Source: Nitrososphaerota archaeon
GTDB lineage: Archaea > Thermoproteota > Nitrososphaeria > Nitrososphaerales > Nitrosopumilaceae
Assembly: GCA_022573895.1 (NCBI GenBank)
Contig: JACZTB010000009.1
Location: 41,136 to 55,792, forward strand
DNA length: 14,657 nucleotides
Reading direction: 5' to 3'
The translations under genes and the position numbers were made by a program. Of the stretch, positions 1 to 6,673 are shown one piece after another (position 1 is the stretch's first letter; each line of letters opens with the position of its first letter). Under the pieces are notes generated by a model. That model did not search any database. It was not told where the DNA came from and worked only from the letters and a program-made list of their open reading frames with translations.

Positions 1-81
1 AAATGGAAGGATCATCTGCAATCCAATACTGATAGCAAGAGATGCACCTAGAAAGAGCAAATAAGATTTATAATTAACCAA
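1..81 (-). CDS. partial CDS (N-terminus only), probable membrane protein; continues beyond the left edge
   Basis: A minus-strand frame is open from an in-frame TAA to the window edge. The only canonical start is TTG at 81..79. The translation (M)VNYKSYLLFLGASLAISIGLQMILPF is hydrophobic and TM-helix-like. Only 27 codons are visible. Confidence 0.25.
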   Translation of the reverse strand, partial: MVNYKSYLLFLGASLAISIGLQMILPF

Positions 82-160
82 TTCATAAATTGTATCTTAA
101 AAAAAGGTTATAAAGCTTTGTCAGTTTTTTTTAGATTTTTCAACATATTTTTTACAAATT

Positions 161-559
161 TCATACAATTGAAAGAGGAATAGAATTTCCGCCACTGTCC
201 CATGCAAAAATAGAATCATCATCATATGGAGATTTTACAATTAATGAAACTAACCCAAAGAAGTTATTTGAATCAGTAACAGAAGGTTCTGCTGAACCGC
301 TTGGATGAGAATGAACAATTCCAAGATAGCTCATGTCAAATGGTAAAAACGAACTAGGGAATCCAGCAAATGTTGGTCCAGTCTCACTGAAAGGAGGAAT
401 TACAAGTCCATCTATTCTGATTTCTCCATTTTTTGATTTACCCTTTAGTATCAAAATTCCTTCATTTGGATGATTCATTTGGCAGTATGATAAGATGCTA
501 TCAAGTACATCTTTTTGCAGCAATACTTTACGTTCAAACTTTTTCTTTTTGAAAAACAT
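161..559 (-). CDS. stand-alone JAMM/MPN+ domain metalloprotease (Mov34/MPN/PAD-1 family)
   Basis: 132-aa ORF with a complete JAMM signature: an upstream Glu in HPNEGILIL, then HSHPSGSAEPSVTD, which is H-x-H-x7-S-x2-D. It lies 30 bp downstream of the co-directional 426-aa gene. Confidence 0.85.
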   Translation of the reverse strand: MFFKKKKFERKVLLQKDVLDSILSYCQMNHPNEGILILKGKSKNGEIRIDGLVIPPFSETGPTFAGFPSSFLPFDMSYLGIVHSHPSGSAEPSVTDSNNFFGLVSLIVKSPYDDDSIFAWDSGGNSIPLSIV

Positions 560-589
560 AAAGATTCTTCACTTCGGAGTAATTTAATT

Positions 590-1870
590 TTAAGGTACTA
601 ATACAATGTATTTTGTGTTTGAGAATTGTCCAAGTTTCTCTTCAATTTCAGATACAAGATGTGGAATCTTTGAATCAATCTCATCCATCTCGCTTTGAAA
701 AGTTTCAGATTTGATCTGTGAATCTTCCTTAAGTAAGATATTTTTGGCCATCTCCTGTTCCAAAAGCACAAGTTCATCAGAGTTAAGAGAATTTAGATTA
801 TTTTTCATTTTTTCGTATTTTTCTAAATATTCTGAAATTTGATTTACAAATCCATCAAGTGATTCCTCAGTTTCAGTAATGTAAAACAAAGACTTGTCAA
901 TATCCTTTACAGAAATAGAGCCAGAGGAAATTCCTTTTCTAACATTTTCTAAAATCACAATAATAGAATCCTTATTTTGAGGAAGAATCACATCAAATGG
1001 ATTCTTAACTAGGTTAGTCAAGAGGTTTTTTTGTTCTTTGTCTAAAGAAGATCCGTATTGATATCTACTCAAAGGACGGGAAATTTTTGTAAATTGTGTA
1101 TCAATCTTATTTTTTATCTTTGATTTTTGAGCACTAAACACATCTAATGTATTTTTCAAATCAATATACTTTTTGTAATCATCTGAAGACTTTATCTCTT
1201 CAATTGAATTCTGTATCGATATAATTTTTTCATCAAGTGACTGTGTGCTTTGATTTGCATTGCCGAACTTTTGATTTTTTTCTAGTTGTGTTTCCTTGAG
1301 ATTTTTAATTTGATTTAGTAAATCTGTTATTTCAAAAGAATTTGATTTTGAAGAATCATAATTTTTTAGTACTTTACGAATCTCAGAATGGTTAGTGTTC
1401 ATTACTTCAAGATTTCCCTTTAATTGATTTGCGTATTTTTTTGCAAAGATATGGATTACTCTGGTTTGTCTTCCCAAGACATCACCAAGTTTTTTAAGAA
1501 TTTTGCTCAGAGATGAGTTTAGTTTTTTTGCATCATCAATAGATGAAATTTCTGGTAGATGTTGAACATCTTTTTTGATAACATCAATTACCTGCTTTTT
1601 GCCTCTGACTACAATAATTGAAAGAATCTTGTCAATATCATCAACTTTGAGGTTATCTTTTTCAAGTACATATCCTATTTTTATCAGATCATCTATCAAT
1701 GGCTCAGTACTATTTCTTAGATATCTTATATCCAAGATGGTTTGCGATTTTCGTAATTGATCAAGTTCAGCCACAATTTTATGAACATCAGAAAGCTGAA
1801 CCTCTTTTCCCCGAGTAGTTTTCTCTATAAATTTTTCCTCTTGTTTCTTTTTACCCCATCCAAATACCAT
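590..1870 (-). CDS. hypothetical coiled-coil protein (426 aa), function unknown
   Basis: Long ATG-initiated ORF rich in Lys, Glu, Asn and Ser, with heptad-like stretches throughout (e.g. LLNQIKNLKETQLEKNQK, ISEYLEKYEKMKNNLNSL). I recognise no catalytic motif. The N-terminus is MVFGWGKKKQEEK. It probably forms an operon with the JAMM gene. Confidence 0.7.
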   Translation of the reverse strand: MVFGWGKKKQEEKFIEKTTRGKEVQLSDVHKIVAELDQLRKSQTILDIRYLRNSTEPLIDDLIKIGYVLEKDNLKVDDIDKILSIIVVRGKKQVIDVIKKDVQHLPEISSIDDAKKLNSSLSKILKKLGDVLGRQTRVIHIFAKKYANQLKGNLEVMNTNHSEIRKVLKNYDSSKSNSFEITDLLNQIKNLKETQLEKNQKFGNANQSTQSLDEKIISIQNSIEEIKSSDDYKKYIDLKNTLDVFSAQKSKIKNKIDTQFTKISRPLSRYQYGSSLDKEQKNLLTNLVKNPFDVILPQNKDSIIVILENVRKGISSGSISVKDIDKSLFYITETEESLDGFVNQISEYLEKYEKMKNNLNSLNSDELVLLEQEMAKNILLKEDSQIKSETFQSEMDEIDSKIPHLVSEIEEKLGQFSNTKYIVLVP

Positions 1871-1892
1871 TTTATATTATTATTTTATGGGG

Positions 1893-1925
1893 ATTAAAAA
1901 TGGTTGTACAACTAAAATTTAAAAT
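1893..1925. promoter_or_regulatory. divergent promoter region with two TATA-like boxes
   Basis: The minus-strand ATTTTTAAT (1893..1901) is centred about 27 nt upstream of the ATG at 1870. The plus-strand AAAATTTAAAAT (1914..1925) is centred about 28 nt upstream of the ATG at 1948. This spacing fits archaeal TATA boxes driving leaderless or short-leader mRNAs. Confidence 0.35.
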
Positions 1926-1947
1926 CCGTTAGATTTTATGTTATGAT

Positions 1948-2409
1948 ATGACAAAAACTCCAAAAAAATCTTTTCATACGGGTTCTGTAAAAAAAACAAT
2001 CACGATTAAATCATCAAATGACAAAGTCTGGAGAAAGATTAGTAACATTGTAGGATTACCAACGTGGGTAGTTAATGTAAAAAAGACAGTTTATCTGTCT
2101 AAGAAGAAAAGAGGTGTTGGTGCAGTTCGACTAATCACATTTGTGGACGGAAGTAAAATTGAAGAACATGTAATTACATGGAAGAACAGAGAGTATTTTA
2201 CATACATTGCTACTGAAGGATTACCATTAAGGGCATATGTTGCAACAATTTCAATAAAGATAAAATCAAAAAAGAGTGTTAAGCTAACTTGGCAATCATA
2301 TCTTAACAGCAAAAAGATGTCTGAAAAACAGTTCTTAGAGTTTCTTTCATTTATGGGCTCATTTTATGAGACATCATTAAAAAATCTCAAAGCATTACTT
2401 GAAAAATAA
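1948..2409 (+). CDS. SRPBCC / Bet v1-like (polyketide cyclase-dehydrase type) ligand-binding protein
   Basis: 153-aa ORF. The pattern ITIKSSNDKVWRKISNIVGLPTWVVNV...GVGAVRLITFVDGSKIEEHVITW...ATISIK matches the usual SRPBCC layout of an N-terminal beta strand, helices and a beta sheet. The call is by recalled family pattern only. Confidence 0.55.
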   Translation: MTKTPKKSFHTGSVKKTITIKSSNDKVWRKISNIVGLPTWVVNVKKTVYLSKKKRGVGAVRLITFVDGSKIEEHVITWKNREYFTYIATEGLPLRAYVATISIKIKSKKSVKLTWQSYLNSKKMSEKQFLEFLSFMGSFYETSLKNLKALLEK

Positions 2410-2460
2410 TGCAAAGATTTTCAAGTCAAAGTGTAAATACGATCAATCGAGGAAAAAAGT

Positions 2461-2805
2461 ATGAGTGATATGCGATTTACCGTGATTGGTATTGCGTTAA
2501 TTTTTGTAGGATTTCTTATTCTTGGAGTATTTGGACATGATTATCAGGCAGCAACTATAGAATCAAATGAGTTTGAAACATGTTACAAGTATTCTGATGA
2601 AGAGGCGCCAATTGAGATCAACTGCTCGCTTAAGATATTTAATCAAACACTATTCTTTGCATTAATTATTGGTTTTATTGGTGCAGGAATCATTGCATTA
2701 GTTAAAGGGGTAAAAGGAAATTGGGACAGCAAGATAAAGCCAGAAGACATGGTTGGTCCAGGTAGAAGAGAAAACGATAATTCTGAGGATTCTGATAATG
2801 GTTAG
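2461..2805 (+). CDS. small membrane protein with two predicted TM helices and an acidic C-terminal tail
   Basis: 114-aa ORF with two hydrophobic segments (FTVIGIALIFVGFLILGVF and LFFALIIGFIGAGIIALV). They flank a loop carrying two Cys. The C-terminus is RRENDNSEDSDNG. Confidence 0.6.
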   Translation: MSDMRFTVIGIALIFVGFLILGVFGHDYQAATIESNEFETCYKYSDEEAPIEINCSLKIFNQTLFFALIIGFIGAGIIALVKGVKGNWDSKIKPEDMVGPGRRENDNSEDSDNG

Positions 2806-3004
2806 AGAAACATGATTATGAAGATTTTTTAGATTTTAGTTTTTCATAATCTTCTGGATTGTCTTGTTCTAATCTTTGAAAACATACTTCTTCATATGGC
2901 ATTTTTTATCAGTGTATGATTATCAAATTTGCATTTAACCCTAAGGAATGATTTGTACTTATCAGGCATAGATTATTGTCAAAGATTAATTTCAGATCAG
3001 GGTT

Positions 3005-3403
3005 TTAAGCGTCAGATTCAATAATATTTTTCATTGTAACTACCATCTCACCAATTTCAGATATTCTTTGTTCAAACTGCTCATTAGATAGTTCATCAGG
3101 TTTGTTCAAAGTAATTACAACTTCAGAAAAATCACCACTAGAGACCACACGCATTGGAACATTCCAAGATGATTCTTCATCAACATACTGGTGATCTAAG
3201 ATTCCTAGTGACTTATTTTCATTGAATTTGAGTCGAGCTTTACCATGAAGGCCAGTAAAGGACCACCAACCATCATTATTCATTTTTGCATCAGACATAA
3301 TCTTTGGAGGAATTTGTAGAATTGCATCAAATACATCGCCTGTTTTCTTTTTCACAATAATAGAGATAGTTCTAGATCTAGTCACAGCAAAATGATCAAA
3401 CAA
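3005..3403 (-). CDS. SRPBCC/AHSA1-like small protein (hypothetical)
   Basis: 132-aa ORF with a TTG start in the ORF track. TISIIVKKKTGDVFDAILQIP...GILDHQYVDEESSWNVPMRVVSSGDFSEVVITL resembles Bet v1-fold proteins. The family assignment is tentative. Confidence 0.45.
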   Translation of the reverse strand: MFDHFAVTRSRTISIIVKKKTGDVFDAILQIPPKIMSDAKMNNDGWWSFTGLHGKARLKFNENKSLGILDHQYVDEESSWNVPMRVVSSGDFSEVVITLNKPDELSNEQFEQRISEIGEMVVTMKNIIESDA

Positions 3404-3450
3404 TGATTAAAAAAGATATAGTAGTAATAGTGAGAATCGATGCTTTGAAT

Positions 3451-3627
3451 CTATTTGTTAAGAAAGTCTTTGATTTTCTTTAGATTTATGACATTTGATT
3501 CATGAAACATAACCATAGATTTTGCCAGTGAGTTTGGTAATACAGTTTTTAAATTGGCAACTAATTCATCGCCACTAGTTATCATATTATCAATAAGTTT
3601 TTCAATCTCATTTTTTTCATCTGCCAT
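3451..3627 (-). CDS. small hypothetical protein (58 aa), absent from the supplied ORF track
   Basis: My manual translation of the minus strand gives ATG at 3627 and TAG at 3453..3451. The product is MADEKNEIEKLIDNMITSGDELVANLKTVLPNSLAKSMVMFHESNVINLKKIKDFLNK. It fills the gap between two co-directional genes (22 bp and 47 bp spacers) and looks helical. There is no homology evidence. Confidence 0.35.
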   Translation of the reverse strand: MADEKNEIEKLIDNMITSGDELVANLKTVLPNSLAKSMVMFHESNVINLKKIKDFLNK

Positions 3628-3649
3628 TTGAATTAGATGATGACTAATC

Positions 3650-3883
3650 TTAATTATCCTTTTTTATAAGAGTTGAAGTAGAACGCACTTTGGGTAGTTT
3701 TTGAATATTAATAGAAACAATCTCTCTTATTTTTTCAAAATTGTCTGCTTTCAATTTTACTAACATGTCATGAGTCCCAATTGTCTCAAAGACATCGATT
3801 ACTTGTTCAAGTTCCTTGAGTTTTTCAATAATCTCTGCCTCTGCACCTAACTCACAGTTTAGCATCACATAGGCATCAGTCAT
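3650..3883 (-). CDS. stand-alone Lrp/AsnC-type ligand-binding (RAM) domain protein
   Basis: 77-aa ORF. AYVMLNCELGAEAEIIEKLKELEQVIDVFETIGTHDMLVKLKADNFEKIREIV is the typical AsnC_trans_reg/RAM pattern (beta-alpha-beta-beta-alpha-beta). There is no N-terminal HTH domain. Confidence 0.7.
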   Translation of the reverse strand: MTDAYVMLNCELGAEAEIIEKLKELEQVIDVFETIGTHDMLVKLKADNFEKIREIVSINIQKLPKVRSTSTLIKKDN

Positions 3884-3934
3884 AAATCAAGCAAGTGTAC
3901 ATGATTATTTAAATCTGGAGGATTTAATGTGTTT

Positions 3935-4606
3935 TTACCATATTACATGAACTAAGTCTTTGAGATTTCGTCTTGGTTTTGGGAATTTTGTTTGTTCGGG
4001 ATATCCAATGCATAACACAGAAGATGGAACCAGATCTGTTTCAATAATATCCATTACCTTTTGTTCATTAAACATACCAATCCAGATTGAGCTTAATCCC
4101 AATGCTTGAGCTGCAAGCTGAGAATATCCTGCAGCTAAAGTTGCGTCTTGTATGGCAAATTTTTTAAGAACATAATCAGGAAAATCAAATTTTACTCTAG
4201 ACGGGTTTTTGCAGAAAATCAACATAACAGGAGAATTAACATAAGGTTGATTGTTACATGCTTCAACTAGAAGTTTTTTCTTTTCTGGACTTTTGACATA
4301 AAAGATTTCAAACCCTTGATAGTTTCCAGCAGTAGGTGCAGTATCAGCTGCTGCAATAATCTTGTCTATTTTTGTAGTTTCGACTGGCTTATCTGAAAAT
4401 TTTCTTGTCGAACGTCTCTTTGCCATCACAGCAAACAAGTCAGTATCTACAATTTCAGAAGGTTCAGAAGGTTGAGAAGATCCAGAATGTAAGATAAAAT
4501 CAAGTAATTGATTTCTCACATTAGAATCAGTTGATTCTGGAGTTTCTTGTGGTTCATAGCCTTGAGGATAGATTTTATCTCCAATGTTTTTTGAAGTCAC
4601 TAACAA
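3935..4606 (-). CDS. nitroreductase-family flavoprotein
   Basis: It carries the nitroreductase N-terminal motif AKRRSTRKFSDKPV and a conserved-looking core (APTAGNYQGFEIFYV, AIQDATLAAGYSQLAAQALGLSS). The track start is TTG at 4606, which gives an unusual Ser/Pro/Glu-rich extension of about 60 aa. The first in-frame ATG is the Met just before KRRSTRKF, so the true start is uncertain. Confidence 0.8.
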   Translation of the reverse strand: MLVTSKNIGDKIYPQGYEPQETPESTDSNVRNQLLDFILHSGSSQPSEPSEIVDTDLFAVMAKRRSTRKFSDKPVETTKIDKIIAAADTAPTAGNYQGFEIFYVKSPEKKKLLVEACNNQPYVNSPVMLIFCKNPSRVKFDFPDYVLKKFAIQDATLAAGYSQLAAQALGLSSIWIGMFNEQKVMDIIETDLVPSSVLCIGYPEQTKFPKPRRNLKDLVHVIW

Positions 4607-4644
4607 TTTACTAAATTTGTCGTATTAAAGAATTGTAAACAAAA

Positions 4645-4830
4645 TTATTCAGCTTCAAAACCATCACAGCCAGAATTACATGGCTTGTTCATTACGCCTT
4701 CACATTTTCCTAATTCGTCGTGCATTATTCGGTGATGTCCACAAATTTTACATTTTTCCCTAAAATGTGCTATTAATTCAGTAGTTGAAATACCTGATTC
4801 TTGTATCTTTGATTCTGTTTTCTGCGTCAT
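4645..4830 (-). CDS. small Cys/His-rich putative metal-binding protein (61 aa from the ATG)
   Basis: The ORF track begins at a TTG (4854), but an ATG at 4830 gives MTQKTESK.... The cluster is C-x2-C-x-HH-x3-H-x5-C-x8-C-x3-C (CKICGHHRIMHDELGKCEGVMNKPCNSGC). It sits 38 bp upstream of the co-directional nitroreductase gene. Confidence 0.5.
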   Translation of the reverse strand: MTQKTESKIQESGISTTELIAHFREKCKICGHHRIMHDELGKCEGVMNKPCNSGCDGFEAE

Positions 4831-4906
4831 GAAATGGTTTTGTCGATAAAGCAACTTTAAACATTTTGAAATATCAAATTCTTATTTTTTATTATAATTG
4901 TATGAG

Positions 4907-4988
4907 CGCCGGGAAAGGGATTCGAGCCCCTGCACGCTTGCGCGTAGCCGTTTTCGAGACGGCCGCCTTACCACTTGGCTACCCCGGC
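4907..4988 (-). tRNA. tRNA-Ser (anticodon CGA), type II with long variable arm, no encoded CCA
   Basis: I folded the reverse complement by hand: GCCGGGG-TA-GCC-AAGTGGTAA-GGC-G-GCCGT-CTCGAAA-ACGGC-TACGCGCAAGCGTGC-AGGGG-CTCGAAT-CCCTT-TCCCGGC-G. It has a 7-bp acceptor stem (one G-U), a 5-bp anticodon stem, the loop CU-CGA-AA, a 15-nt variable arm with an ACGC/GCGT stem, and a 5-bp T stem. Total length is 82 nt. T-loop position 54 is C rather than U. This GC-rich island sits in AT-rich DNA. Confidence 0.85.
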
Positions 4989-5010
4989 ATTTAATCTAAG
5001 ATTTTCCCCA

Positions 5011-5022
5011 TAATAAAATAAA
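5011..5022 (-). promoter_or_regulatory. TATA-like box for tRNA-Ser
   Basis: The minus strand reads TTTATTTTATTA at -34..-23 relative to the tRNA 5' end at 4988. This is the expected archaeal TATA position. Confidence 0.4.
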
Positions 5023-5071
5023 TCAGATGTAAAGGACAAACACAAAATAGCATAAAAATACAACAAATTTC

Positions 5072-6094
5072 ATGGGACTAAACCTAAAGGACTTGGTAAT
5101 AAGAGAGAAAACAAATCTAGAAGCATTTTCAACCAAAATAATTGCAATTGATGCATACAATGCGATCTACCAATTCCTAGCAAGTATTAGAGGTCCAGAT
5201 GGTTTACAGTTATCAGATTCTGAAGGAAGAATTACAAGCCACCTTAGTGGTCTGCTTTACAGAAATGTCAACTTTTTGTCTTTAGGAATAAAGCCAGTTT
5301 ATGTGTTTGATGGTAGACCACCATCACTAAAAACAGCAGAAATTGAACGCAGAAAACAGATCAAAAAAGATGCCACTGTCAAATATGAAAAAGCAATTGC
5401 TGAAGGGAACATGGAGGATGCAAGAAAATATGCGCAACAGACAACCAGCATGAAAGATGGAATGGTGAAAGAATCAAAACAACTACTAACATATTTTGGC
5501 ATTCCATACATAGAAGCAGTATCAGAAGGAGAAGCAACAGCTGCACATCTAACAAATACTGGACAAGCATATGCTTCTGCAAGTCAGGATTTTGATTCCA
5601 TTTTATGTGGTGCAAAGAGGCTGATAAGAAATTTTACCAACAGTGGAAGAAGAAAGCTACCAAATAGAAACACCTACATCGATATTGTCCCAGAGATAAT
5701 TGAGACTCAAAAAACACTTGATGCGTTAGGATTAACAAGAGAAGAACTAATTGATGTTGGAATTTTAATTGGAACTGATTTTAATCCAAATGGTTTTGAT
5801 AGAATTGGTCCAAAAACTGCACTAAAAATGATAAAACAACATTCAAGATTAGAAGACATTCCACAAATTCAAGAACAATTGCAAGAGATAGATTTCCAGC
5901 AGATACGAAAAATCTTTTTGGAACCAGAAGTAACTGATGTAGATGAGATTGTTTTTGATAAAGTAGATTATGAGTCAATTACAAACTATCTGGTAAAAGA
6001 GAGAAGTTTCTCAGAAGACAGAATCCAGTCAACCCTAAATAGACTGAAAAAAGCGCTAGAGAGAAAAAGTCAGAATTTAGACCAATGGTTTTGA
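5072..6094 (+). CDS. fen: flap endonuclease 1 (FEN-1)
   Basis: 340-aa ORF. The N-terminus MGLNLKDLV...[13 protein letters not shown] is the XPG-N region. EGEATAAHL...[12 protein letters not shown] is the XPG-I region. [21 protein letters not shown] is the H3TH motif. The C-terminal QNLDQWF is a PIP-box-like PCNA-binding tail. Confidence 0.92.
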   Translation: MGLNLKDLVIREKTNLEAFSTKIIAIDAYNAIYQFLASIRGPDGLQLSDSEGRITSHLSGLLYRNVNFLSLGIKPVYVFDGRPPSLKTAEIERRKQIKKDATVKYEKAIAEGNMEDARKYAQQTTSMKDGMVKESKQLLTYFGIPYIEAVSEGEATAAHLTNTGQAYASASQDFDSILCGAKRLIRNFTNSGRRKLPNRNTYIDIVPEIIETQKTLDALGLTREELIDVGILIGTDFNPNGFDRIGPKTALKMIKQHSRLEDIPQIQEQLQEIDFQQIRKIFLEPEVTDVDEIVFDKVDYESITNYLVKERSFSEDRIQSTLNRLKKALERKSQNLDQWF

Positions 6095-6135
6095 TAATAT
6101 TTCAATTTAATAACTAGTCAAACCAATTTTAAAAA

Positions 6136-6663
6136 ATGCATCAAACTGAAGCAAGAAAAACTCTCAAGGATGCCCCTATAATGTGGAGAAGAATAAATTC
6201 AATTGGCATAATTCTTGATTGCAATTCCACATATGCTGCAAACCTAGGATATGCAAAATCAGAGATTCTAGGCAAGCCAATCTTTGAACATGTGCCTAAG
6301 GAATCATGGAAGGTTATGAATGACTCTCTGAAAACATGGTTTGAGACTGGCGAAGTAACTAACAGAAAGATCACATTCAAAAGACAGGACGGAAGTACTT
6401 TTCCAGGATTGTTGCAAGCAACAAGTCTTTATGATGAAAATAAAAATATGCTTGGAAGTAATACAGTGATTTTTGATTTAACGCAGATGACTGATGAAAA
6501 AATAATAGAATATGAAAAATTTTTCAGTGAAGCAAAAAACAGGCTGGACGAAATCAAAGAAAAAGACTACAGCCAACTAGATAAAAACTCAAAATCAGAG
6601 TATGATGGGCTCAAAAAGATGTTTGATATGCTTTCTGCCGTTGATTTAAGAGAATTAAAATAA
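6136..6663 (+). CDS. PAS-domain protein with C-terminal coiled-coil, no recognisable output domain
   Basis: 175-aa ORF. IILDCNSTYAANLGYAKSEILGKPIFEHVP...FKRQDGSTFPGLLQATSLYDENKNMLGSNTVIFDLT matches the PAS fold pattern. The tail is rich in Lys, Glu and Asp. Confidence 0.6.
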   Translation: MHQTEARKTLKDAPIMWRRINSIGIILDCNSTYAANLGYAKSEILGKPIFEHVPKESWKVMNDSLKTWFETGEVTNRKITFKRQDGSTFPGLLQATSLYDENKNMLGSNTVIFDLTQMTDEKIIEYEKFFSEAKNRLDEIKEKDYSQLDKNSKSEYDGLKKMFDMLSAVDLRELK

Positions 6664-6673
6664 TTGCAGAGAA

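Noticed and set aside
2816-2969. Two short overlapping minus-strand ORFs. One is 2892..2969, MPDKYKSFLRVKCKFDNHTLIKNAI. The other is 2816..2902, MPYEEVCFQRLEQDNPEDYEKLKSKKSS. They would fuse into a protein of about 50 aa if the A6 run at their junction were A5.
   Set aside because: Each is under 30 codons and has no recognisable motif. The fusion requires assuming a homopolymer error or a +1 frameshift, which cannot be supported from the sequence alone.
3636-3643. A C-box-like GATGATGA that might mark a C/D box sRNA.
   Set aside because: There is no downstream CUGA D box at a suitable distance, and the sequence runs straight into the 3650..3883 coding region.
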